Assembly (NCBI GenBank): GCA_038205745.1 | Contig: JBBRBM010000004.1 | Coordinates: 1,529 to 65,528, forward strand | Reading direction: 5' to 3' | From: Verrucomicrobiota bacterium | GTDB taxonomy: Bacteria; Verrucomicrobiota; Verrucomicrobiia; Limisphaerales; SIBH01 | Length of the DNA stretch: 64,000 bases | Part shown: positions 36,314 to 43,934 of the stretch, piece after piece | Position numbering within the stretch: position 1 is the stretch's first letter | Layout: each line of letters opens with the position of its first letter | Notes under the pieces: model-generated | Database searches by the model: none | What the model saw: the letters and a program-made list of their open reading frames with translations, nothing else | Told to the model about the DNA's origin: nothing | Position numbers and translations under genes: made by a program

Positions 36314-36391
36314 GCACTGATCTTTCTCTGGCGCGCGAACGAATCGTTCGTGCGCGGGTTTCAAGTTGAGAGGACCAGTGCGGTGGGGCTG

Positions 36392-36429
36392 AAAACAAAA
36401 CAGCCTTCACTCGCAAAGAGAATGAAGGC
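36392..36429 (-). terminator. intrinsic terminator of the riboswitch expression platform
   Basis: On the minus strand: GCCTTCA, a 13-nt loop, TGAAGGC, then TGTTTTGTTTT. An upstream segment AAAGAGAAGGATGAGGC can pair with GCCTTCATTCTCTTT as an alternative helix. Confidence 0.65.
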
Positions 36430-36711
36430 ATTCGACTTCCGTTCCGCACTCGCGGAACGGACTGGCCTCATCCTTCTCTTTGACGGAGAAGTGGTTCGAC
36501 GAGCGAACCGGACGAGCGAAGCCAAACCGGTATCCTGACTGCGGGCTTTGCCTCACTCCCACCTTCCCGATTTCTCAGTGGCGTTCGCGCGAAAGATTTT
36601 CGCGGCGGAGTTCGTATCCCGACACAGTGGCGTAACCGTCCCGGATTCTCACCGGGTTCCCAGACATTTGACTGCGTGACATCCCGCACTCGCGGGACTC
36701 TTTCAAAGAGC
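36430..36711 (-). promoter_or_regulatory. cobalamin (B12) riboswitch
   Basis: The minus strand reads GGGAACCCGGUGAGAAUCCGGGACGGUUACGCCACUGU ... GCCACUGAGAAAUCGGGAAGG ... AAGCCCGCAGUCAGGAUACCGG. This matches the conserved core and B12 box of the cobalamin riboswitch family as I remember the consensus. No covariance model was run. Confidence 0.85.
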
Positions 36712-36717
36712 GAGACG

Positions 36718-36746
36718 TAACTACGCCCGAGAAAAAATTCTGCCAA
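36718..36746 (-). promoter_or_regulatory. candidate sigma-70 promoter for the riboswitch transcript
   Basis: On the minus strand: TTGGCA (36746-36741), a 17-nt spacer, then TAGTTA (36723-36718). Confidence 0.35.
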
Positions 36747-36772
36747 GCCATTTTTTGTAATTCTCTGCGCGC

Positions 36773-36834
36773 GGAGCGCGGACGGTCACGTCCGCGCGAA
36801 GAAGTCGTCTTGCGGACGTGACCGTCCGCGCTCC
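36773..36834. repeat. palindromic repeat family R-D copy 2 (perfect 23-bp arms)
   Basis: GGAGCGCGGACGGTCACGTCCGC, a 16-nt loop, then GCGGACGTGACCGTCCGCGCTCC. It ends 2 nt before the mutL stop codon. Confidence 0.85.
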
Positions 36835-36836
36835 GG

Positions 36837-38738
36837 TCACTGCGCGCGACCGAATTTCTTTTCCAGCTCGCGGAAATTCATCTCGATCAACGTCGGGCGT
36901 CCGTGTGGGCAAGTGTATGGCATGGCGCAGTGCCGAAGGTCCTGGAGCAGATTCTCCAACTCGGGCCCGTCGAGCGGATCGTTCGCCTTCACTGCGTGGC
37001 GGCAAACTGTTTTCGCAACGACATGTTCGCCGAGGCGCATCGAGTTCACCTGTTCGCCTGCAGCTTTTAACTCGTCGATCAAGCCCAGCACGAATCCGCG
37101 TGGCTCCGTGGACTTCACAAACGGCGGCAGCGCGTCGAGCAAAAATGTGCGCTCACCAAACTCGCTCAAACCGACACCGAGCCGCGTCAACGCGTTCAGA
37201 ATCCCACGGACGAATGTCGCATCACGTGGCGACAACTCGATCGTCTCGGGCAGCAACAATCGTTGCGACGCCACCTCGCCGCGTTCCGTGCGCTCCATCA
37301 TTTGCTCGAAGAGAATGCGCTCGTGAGCCGCGTGTTGGTCGAGCAGCACGAGACCGCGATCTGATTCGAGCACGACGTAGAGCTTTCCGATGACGCCGAC
37401 GATGCGCAGCGGGACGGAGAGCAACGGCGTGACGGGGGATTGAGGATTGAGGATTGAGGATTGGGGATTTGAGATTGCCGGAACTGGGCGTGCGGCTTGT
37501 GCGCGCTCTTCGGATTCGCGGCGGAATGCGAGCGGAAGCGGCGCGGTGATGGACTGCGGCGGTGCAGGCGTGATCGGCGGCAATTCCGGCAAACGGAGTT
37601 CCGGCGAGCTAATCGGTTGGGCAACTTCATTTTGCGCTTTTTGAACTACAGGCTGCGGCGGCGATGCGCTTGCTCGATGGAATCCGAGCAGCGCTTCCTT
37701 CACTGCTTCCGTCACAAAGCGCCGCACCGCGCGTTCGTCGCGGAACTTCACCTCGCGCTTGGCGGGATGGATGTTCACGTCCACCGCAGCGGGATCGATC
37801 TCGATGAACAAACAGCACACGGGGAATCGGCCCTTCATCAGCGCTGTGTGATAGCCTTCGAGCAATGCGTGATTGAGCGTGCGGTTCTCGACGGGACGAC
37901 GGTTCACGAAGAGATGCTGATCCTCGCGCGTCGAGCGCGCCACGCCGGGTGCGCCAATCAATCCCCACACGCGAACGTCAGACTTCGATCCGTCTGTGTG
38001 GCCAGTTTCGTCAGCCGCAAACTGTTCATGCAGTGGACCGCTCGCATCCACGGCAATCAACTGAGGCAACGTGCCGGCGAGCTGGCGCATGCGCTCACGC
38101 ACTGAATCAATTCCCGCGTTTGATTTCACCGCCGACAACTGCCACACCGTGCGCCCGTCCTTTACAAACGTGAAAGCCACGTCCGCGTGCGCCAGCGCGG
38201 CCAGTGTGAGGTAATGCTGGATGTGCGCCGACTCGGTTTCCTCGCTGCGCAAAAACTTTCGCCGCGCCGGCAAATTGAAAAACAACGAGCGCACTTCCAC
38301 GCTGGTTCCCGGCGCGCTGCCCGCCGCTTTCACTTCGATGATCTTGCCGCCGTTGATGATCACCTGTGCGCCTTCCGGTGAATCGCCGTCTTGTTCGCGC
38401 GTCGTGAGCGTGAAGCGACTGACGCTCGCGATGCTCGGCAACGCTTCGCCGCGAAAGCCCATCGTGGCGATGCTTTGAAGATCTTCCGCGCGCTGAATCT
38501 TGCTCGTGGCGTGGCGCTCAAGGGACAACAACGCGTCGTCGCGGCTCATGCCCATTCCGTCATCCGTCACGCGGATCAATGATCGCCCGCCTGCTTGGAT
38601 TTCGACGCTGACGCGCGTCGGCTTGGCATCGAGTGAGTTTTCGACGAGTTCCTTCACCACGCTGGCGGGGCGCTCGACGACTTCGCCAGCCGCGATCTGA
38701 TTCGCGACGTGTTCGGGGAGAAGACGGATGCGGTTCAT
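36837..38738 (-). CDS. mutL: DNA mismatch repair protein MutL
   Basis: N-terminal IRLLPEHVANQIAAGEVVERPASVVKELVENSLDA (GHKL ATPase). C-terminal dimerisation domain. Confidence 0.9.
   Translation of the reverse strand: MNRIRLLPEHVANQIAAGEVVERPASVVKELVENSLDAKPTRVSVEIQAGGRSLIRVTDDGMGMSRDDALLSLERHATSKIQRAEDLQSIATMGFRGEALPSIASVSRFTLTTREQDGDSPEGAQVIINGGKIIEVKAAGSAPGTSVEVRSLFFNLPARRKFLRSEETESAHIQHYLTLAALAHADVAFTFVKDGRTVWQLSAVKSNAGIDSVRERMRQLAGTLPQLIAVDASGPLHEQFAADETGHTDGSKSDVRVWGLIGAPGVARSTREDQHLFVNRRPVENRTLNHALLEGYHTALMKGRFPVCCLFIEIDPAAVDVNIHPAKREVKFRDERAVRRFVTEAVKEALLGFHRASASPPQPVVQKAQNEVAQPISSPELRLPELPPITPAPPQSITAPLPLAFRRESEERAQAARPVPAISNPQSSILNPQSPVTPLLSVPLRIVGVIGKLYVVLESDRGLVLLDQHAAHERILFEQMMERTERGEVASQRLLLPETIELSPRDATFVRGILNALTRLGVGLSEFGERTFLLDALPPFVKSTEPRGFVLGLIDELKAAGEQVNSMRLGEHVVAKTVCRHAVKANDPLDGPELENLLQDLRHCAMPYTCPHGRPTLIEMNFRELEKKFGRAQ
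37435..37476. repeat. tandem octamer repeat family R-H copy inside the mutL linker
   Basis: GGGGATTGAGGATTGAGGATTGAGGATTGGGGATTTGAGATT, read on the minus strand as ..ISNPQSSILNPQSP.. Confidence 0.75.
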
Positions 38739-38741
38739 CCG

Positions 38742-39896
38742 TCAGCGCGCCGCGGTGAGCGGCAGGGTGAATCCAAACAGCGCGCCGCTGCCCGGCACAT
38801 TGCGCGCGTAAATCCGGCCGCCGTGCTCCTCGACAATTCGTTTGGCGATGCTCAGGCCCAGTCCGGTGCCGCGCGTCTTGCCATACGTCGCGAAAGCTTC
38901 GAACAATTTGTCCAAAATCTCCGCCGCAATGCCACTGCCGGAGTCCACCACCTCGGTGATCAACTCCGTCGGCGTCAGTCGGAAATGAAGTGTGATGGTG
39001 CCGCCTTCTGGCATTTCGTCCACGGCATTGAAGAGCAGGTTGTAGAACACGCGGCTGAGTCGGCGCGGATTGATCGGCACGCGCACGGCCGGTGGCTCCT
39101 GCGCGAGTCGCACCACCACGCCCTTGGGTTCCACTTCGCGCGCGATCTCGTCGATCACAGGTTGCGCAAACTCGGCAAAGTCCAGCACGGCCACCGCGAG
39201 CTGGCTGCTCGATCCGCGTGTGAATTCCAGAATGTCCGACACCATCGTGCTGATGCGGTCGATCTGCTTTTGAATTCGCTTCTGCGCCACGGTTCGCGCT
39301 TCGACGGAAGTCTTCGGCTGACAGGCGTGATCCGCCGCCATGCCGATGATCGTCAACGGATTCTTCAAGTCGTGAACGATCGAACTGGCGAAGCGGCCCA
39401 CCAGCGCCATCCGCTCGGCCTGGATCACCGTGCGAATGTATTGCCGGTTGAAATCGCGCAACCGTTGCGTGATCTCGCGCATGACGCCGAAGGAGAATTG
39501 TGGCGACTGCGACACCATCGCCAGCAATGCGTCACGCGGGATGAGATAGACGGTGGTATCGACTTCAGCCATGGCGGTGGCGGAGCGGGGTTGGTTGTCG
39601 ATCACCGCCATTTCACCAAACACTTCGCCTTCCGGCAGCCGCGAGAAAACATGCCGCTCGCCCTGCGCCACAACACCCGAAATCTGGACCGTCCCCGAGG
39701 CAATCGCATAGAGCGCATCGCCGGCGTCGCCCTCCTTAAAAATCTCCGTCCCACCGGGAAATGTAATCGATTTCGCGACGCTTTTCAGCGAGGCGAGATC
39801 ATTCGGTGACAGAGAACCGAACAGCTTGCACGACTCCAGCGGGAGCATGGGCGCAAGTTTATGGCAAAGCATTGTGGGGTAAAGCGCAGACGCCAC
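38742..39896 (-). CDS. cyclic-nucleotide-binding domain histidine kinase
   Basis: cNMP motif FGEMAVIDNQPRSATA. H-box VHDLKNPLT. HATPase motif GTGLGLSIAKRIVEEHGG. The start may be the ATG at 39848. Its stop lies 3 nt before the mutL start. Confidence 0.8.
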   Translation of the reverse strand: MASALYPTMLCHKLAPMLPLESCKLFGSLSPNDLASLKSVAKSITFPGGTEIFKEGDAGDALYAIASGTVQISGVVAQGERHVFSRLPEGEVFGEMAVIDNQPRSATAMAEVDTTVYLIPRDALLAMVSQSPQFSFGVMREITQRLRDFNRQYIRTVIQAERMALVGRFASSIVHDLKNPLTIIGMAADHACQPKTSVEARTVAQKRIQKQIDRISTMVSDILEFTRGSSSQLAVAVLDFAEFAQPVIDEIAREVEPKGVVVRLAQEPPAVRVPINPRRLSRVFYNLLFNAVDEMPEGGTITLHFRLTPTELITEVVDSGSGIAAEILDKLFEAFATYGKTRGTGLGLSIAKRIVEEHGGRIYARNVPGSGALFGFTLPLTAAR

Positions 39897-40194
39897 CCGG
39901 CAAGTCCTGAATGCTTTCTCGCCAGTAATATCCGTTACGATTGTCTGCTGAAATCAGCGGAAACCACGTGGATTCGCGGCGCATTTCCCTTTGCACGACG
40001 GCCTCCGCGCCAGATCCAGAGAAATTTTTTGAAGGATCTCTGCCGTGTGGTATTTATTGGCCGGATGAGTTTCGCTGTTCGTTTAGGGTTGGCAGAGAGG
40101 TCTTGCTCGTAATGCGGTTCGAACAGCGTTCAATAGTTGGCCGCATTACCCTTCTGAGCGCCTGGGTGAAGGCGTTAACGACCTTGTCACTATC

Positions 40195-40223
40195 GAGCCG
40201 GAGATTACGTCTCCGGCTCTTTT
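40195..40223 (+). terminator. plus-strand intrinsic terminator with no annotated plus-strand gene upstream
   Basis: Stem GAGCCGGAGA, loop TTACG, stem TCTCCGGCTC, then TTTT. Confidence 0.5.
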
Positions 40224-40234
40224 GCGCAGACGCA

Positions 40235-41266
40235 TCAACTGCGGGTCAGCGCAAAGGCCGCCCGCCAGGGCCGTCCAAAGCGCATCATCAGCGGTAAAAG
40301 CCAATCCTGTCCCGCCGCACTGAACAACGCATGGTGGAAACGCTGCGACCAACGCAGCCGGTCCGTGAACGCAGACTGAAGTTTGCCCGCGATGGCGCGT
40401 GTTGTTTCTTCCCAGCTTTGCTGACCTCGCGCAAAAAGGGTGATCGGTTCTGCCGCAATCTCCGCAGATTCGAACGCCATCGACATGCCGTTGCCCGTGA
40501 TCGGCGGAATCATCGTGAGAGAATCGCCGATTCGGCAAGCCCCTGAATCGATCGGCAACGGTTCGAGACACAGTCCGGCGATGGCGCAGAAACTCTCCTG
40601 ATCAAACTCAGCTTCCTGGAGTCTTCGCTGCAACGTGGAACCCGGCCGGCCACGCAAAGAATCCATTCCTGCAACAGATTCTCCCGCGCGGCGACGAAAA
40701 AGCCCGCACACGTTCACGACTCCATCGCCGAGCCGACACAGACCCACGTACGCATCACGATCGATGTGCATCTCCAGATCCGCCGCGAGACTCACGCCGC
40801 GAGCGTGAACTTTCAGCCCGAACCAGCGGGTACCTTCCGCGTCAATTGCCTGCGCACGGCGTCCAGTCGCCTGCACCATTCCTTCGCGCGGCTCCATCTC
40901 ACGTTCGCGCGTTTGCGTCTGCAATATTCCGCCGCCGCTTCGAAACTGATCGGCCAGCGCCGCATCAAGCACGTGACGCGAAATACACAAAGCGGAAGCC
41001 GGCAAAGCGTGAAGTCCAGCCATCTTCTCACGCACAAAGAACGCAGCGCTTTTCGCCTCGCAAGCGCCCGCGTGCTGGAGCAGATCGGTCAGTTGAAGCC
41101 GTCGCAGCACCTCGACTCCGCGACCGCTGATGAATTCACCACAGACACGATGCCTCGGATATTCGCCCGCCTCAATGATCGTCACCGGCACTCCACGGTT
41201 GCGAAGTTCGATGCCGAGTGTGAGCCCGGCCAAACCGCCTCCGATGACGTGAATCAGCTTCACCAT
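40235..41266 (-). CDS. FAD-dependent oxidoreductase/monooxygenase
   Basis: Start moved to MVKLIHVIGGGLAGLTLG (dinucleotide-binding motif). 7-nt overlap with the upstream methyltransferase gene. Confidence 0.7.
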   Translation of the reverse strand: MVKLIHVIGGGLAGLTLGIELRNRGVPVTIIEAGEYPRHRVCGEFISGRGVEVLRRLQLTDLLQHAGACEAKSAAFFVREKMAGLHALPASALCISRHVLDAALADQFRSGGGILQTQTREREMEPREGMVQATGRRAQAIDAEGTRWFGLKVHARGVSLAADLEMHIDRDAYVGLCRLGDGVVNVCGLFRRRAGESVAGMDSLRGRPGSTLQRRLQEAEFDQESFCAIAGLCLEPLPIDSGACRIGDSLTMIPPITGNGMSMAFESAEIAAEPITLFARGQQSWEETTRAIAGKLQSAFTDRLRWSQRFHHALFSAAGQDWLLPLMMRFGRPWRAAFALTRS

Positions 41267-41934
41267 TTTCTCGCCATGAAAAGATGACTGAACAATCCGG
41301 CACCGCGCTCTGTGATGCGCCATCGGTTTTCTGTCGGCCAGCTCGCGGTCAATTCTCCATTACGAAAGCCGGCGCGAACGCTGGCAATCGCATCGTGACG
41401 CGTCACCGATCCGCAGCCCGCCAGTCCCACCTTGCGACTCGCCCAGAGTGCGAGTGCTGATCGGCGCGGCTCGCATGCAATGAAGAGGTTGGCTCGCTCG
41501 GCGATCAACGCCAATAACTCGATCAACTCGTCGGATGCGAAATGGTGGAGGAATAAATTGGCCGTGATCACATCGCAGCGCGGCGCGGCGCGCAACGCGG
41601 CGAACACATCGTCACTCACGATCGTGCTGCGCCAGCCGAGCGCGGTGAACTCCGCTTCCGTCTCAGGCGAAATCACCGGCTTACGGTCCACCATCGTCAG
41701 CTCCACATCGCGCCAGTGCATCTTTTGTGCGACGCGCAGGATCAAGCTTCCATCACCGCTCCCGAGATCGCAGATGCGTTTCACGGACGGCGCCGTGCGC
41801 AAGCTGCCCGCGAGAAGTCCGGCGTGGCCCATCATCCAATTGAGACGCCGCAGGTCGGCGCGCGAGCGCTGGGCAGCAAGGTCGCCCGGCGGAAGTTCGT
41901 CGAGCAACTCGGGTTCAACAACGCGTGAAATCAT
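41260..41934 (-). CDS. class I SAM-dependent methyltransferase
   Basis: Start moved to MISRVVEPELLDELP. Motif I ICDLGSGDGSL. ATGA overlap with the PKS stop. Confidence 0.7.
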   Translation of the reverse strand: MISRVVEPELLDELPPGDLAAQRSRADLRRLNWMMGHAGLLAGSLRTAPSVKRICDLGSGDGSLILRVAQKMHWRDVELTMVDRKPVISPETEAEFTALGWRSTIVSDDVFAALRAAPRCDVITANLFLHHFASDELIELLALIAERANLFIACEPRRSALALWASRKVGLAGCGSVTRHDAIASVRAGFRNGELTASWPTENRWRITERGAGLFSHLFMARKW

Positions 41935-42986
41935 TCCGCTTCCAGCAATGCACCGTGACAACTGAAGCCGGCGCCAAACGAAGACATCCACCACCAACCC
42001 GCTGGTGCTGATGCCGCAAGCGTGCGCTCCAGCACGTGGTAAACACACGCGCTGCTTAGATTCCCAAACTCGCGCAAGACAGCCGTGCTGTGATCGAGTT
42101 CACCGTTGGTAAAACCAAATTCTTCACGCAACGCGCCGAGCACATCGCGTCCGCCCGCGTGCCATATCCATTGCGAGATGTGCGAGCCATTCATACCGCG
42201 AGGGCCGGTCACTGAACTGAAAAGCTGCCGCGAGTACTTTGCGGCGAGTGCCGGCACAGGCGCGGTCAGGATATTGCGCAACATTCCTCCGCGCTGTTCG
42301 AAGCGCAGCAGGTCGCGGTCAGTTGGCGAGACCATTGTTGCTGCGGTGTTCCACTTCACAGATCGACCGGAACCGCGCTCCTTGGAAATGACCGCCGCGC
42401 CCGCGCCATCGCCGAAAAGACACGCACTGATCAGCACGCCGGGATCGTCATCGAAATAAAGCGCCGCGCTGCAAACCTCGACGCAGATCGAAAGCGCATG
42501 CGCGCCGCGTCCCGCGCTGAGAAGCGATTCCGCCGTGCGCAAGTTCGGCAGAGCTGCTCCACATCCATGGCCGACCAGATCCAGCGCGAACACATCCGCG
42601 CGCAATCCGAGTTGCTCGGTGACGTAACTCGTCAGCCCGGGACACAAGTAACCAGTGCAGGTGCTGATGATGACCACATCGATGTCGCGCGGTTCGAGAC
42701 CGGCGCGAGCCAACGCCTTCTTCGCCGCGTCCGTCGCGAGCGCTGGCGCGTGTTTGGTGAAGCGTGCGTGCAGCGCGTCAGGATTCAATTCGAAAGCTTC
42801 TGTGAGCGGGTCCAGGGCAAGCCACCGGGATTCAATGCCGTTTTGCGCGTTGAACAGTTTTCGCAGTAGCGCGCGCGACCGCGGCTGAAGTTGCGCGAAA
42901 AGGTCTGATGTCTGAAGCACCTCCCAGCATTGCCTCTGCGTGTAACGCGTTCGTGGCGTCGCGGTACCGATTCCCGTGATGAACAT
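41931..42986 (-). CDS. type III polyketide synthase
   Basis: Start moved to MFITGIGTATP. Cys-His-Asn triad contexts STCTGYLCPG, WHAGGRDVL and FGNLSSACV. Confidence 0.8.
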   Translation of the reverse strand: MFITGIGTATPRTRYTQRQCWEVLQTSDLFAQLQPRSRALLRKLFNAQNGIESRWLALDPLTEAFELNPDALHARFTKHAPALATDAAKKALARAGLEPRDIDVVIISTCTGYLCPGLTSYVTEQLGLRADVFALDLVGHGCGAALPNLRTAESLLSAGRGAHALSICVEVCSAALYFDDDPGVLISACLFGDGAGAAVISKERGSGRSVKWNTAATMVSPTDRDLLRFEQRGGMLRNILTAPVPALAAKYSRQLFSSVTGPRGMNGSHISQWIWHAGGRDVLGALREEFGFTNGELDHSTAVLREFGNLSSACVYHVLERTLAASAPAGWWWMSSFGAGFSCHGALLEAE

Positions 42987-43027
42987 CGGGCGCCAAGGTA
43001 GCGAAACGTCAGTTTGCTGCAATGAAG

Positions 43028-43104
43028 AGTAATCAGTAATCAGTGAGTCAGTGTTCAGCGCTCGGCCTTTCACTGATTACTGTTTCACTGATTACTGATT
43101 ACTG
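43028..43104. repeat. palindromic repeat family R-E copy 2
   Basis: AGTAATCAGTAATCAGTGAGTCAGTGTTCAG ... CTTTCACTGATTACTGTTTCACTGATTACTGATTACTG. The right end contains the pyrF stop codon. Confidence 0.75.
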
Positions 43105-43809
43105 CCCTGCCAGCGATTCCCAAATGGATTCCGCCGCCGCGCGCGGATTCGGCGCGGCGTAAATCGGCCGGCCAATCACCAGCCAGCTCGCGCCGGCGTC
43201 GATTGCTTCGCGCGCGCTGAGCGTTCGCTTCTGGTCACCGGCGGCGTCGCTGCCAGCGCGAATGCCAGGCGTCACAAACTGCATCTCGTGTGGAAGCGAT
43301 TGGCGGAGTCCCGCGACTTCGAGCGGCGAACATACCAATCCGCGCAAGCCCGCCCGCGACGCGAGTTGCGCGAGCCGCTCCACTTGCCCGCCAACACTCA
43401 CGGTCAGTCCCACCTCGGCGAGATCGTCACCGCTCATGCTCGTAAGCACCGTGACACCGAGGATCAGCGGTGCATTCAGGCCCGCTTGTGCCGCGGTTCT
43501 CTGCGCCGATTCCTCGGCCGCTTGCATCATGGCGAGCCCACCGCTGGTGTGGATTGTCAACATCTGCACATCGAGACGCACGGCAGACGCGACGGATTTT
43601 GCGACTGTGTTGGGAATGTCGTGAAACTTCAGGTCCAGAAACACCGCCGCGCCCGTCGCACGAATGCGGCGCACGATCTCGGGCCCTGCCGCCGTAAAAA
43701 GTTCGCTGCCAATTTTAAACGCACCGACTGCTGGCGCAACTTCTTGCGCGAGGGCGACGGCTTGTTCCGCAGTGGGCACGTCGAGGGCGACGATGATCGG
43801 ATTCTTCAT
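43099..43809 (-). CDS. pyrF: orotidine 5'-phosphate decarboxylase
   Basis: Start moved to MKNPIIVALDV. Motif DLKFHDIPNTV. Confidence 0.9.
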   Translation of the reverse strand: MKNPIIVALDVPTAEQAVALAQEVAPAVGAFKIGSELFTAAGPEIVRRIRATGAAVFLDLKFHDIPNTVAKSVASAVRLDVQMLTIHTSGGLAMMQAAEESAQRTAAQAGLNAPLILGVTVLTSMSGDDLAEVGLTVSVGGQVERLAQLASRAGLRGLVCSPLEVAGLRQSLPHEMQFVTPGIRAGSDAAGDQKRTLSAREAIDAGASWLVIGRPIYAAPNPRAAAESIWESLAGQ

Positions 43810-43934
43810 CGCGGCGAATTCAAACAGCCCCGCCGTAATGTCGAAAGGGAAAAGGCAAATGCGATATTGCGGTGTAGTGGGCCAGTCGCCCCCGGCTGGC
43901 ATAGTCCCGCAGGCGCCCGCGCCTGCGGTTCGGT

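Noticed and set aside
36468-37005. ORFs 36468..36746 and 36721..37005 on the minus strand.
   Set aside because: They overlap the cobalamin riboswitch, its promoter and repeat R-D. The conserved RNA motifs explain the region better than coding capacity does.
40110-40130. GGTTCGAA, resembling a tRNA T-loop.
   Set aside because: No acceptor, D or anticodon arms can be drawn around it. The surrounding pairings fit a different (pseudoknot-like) arrangement. No tRNA was called anywhere in the window.
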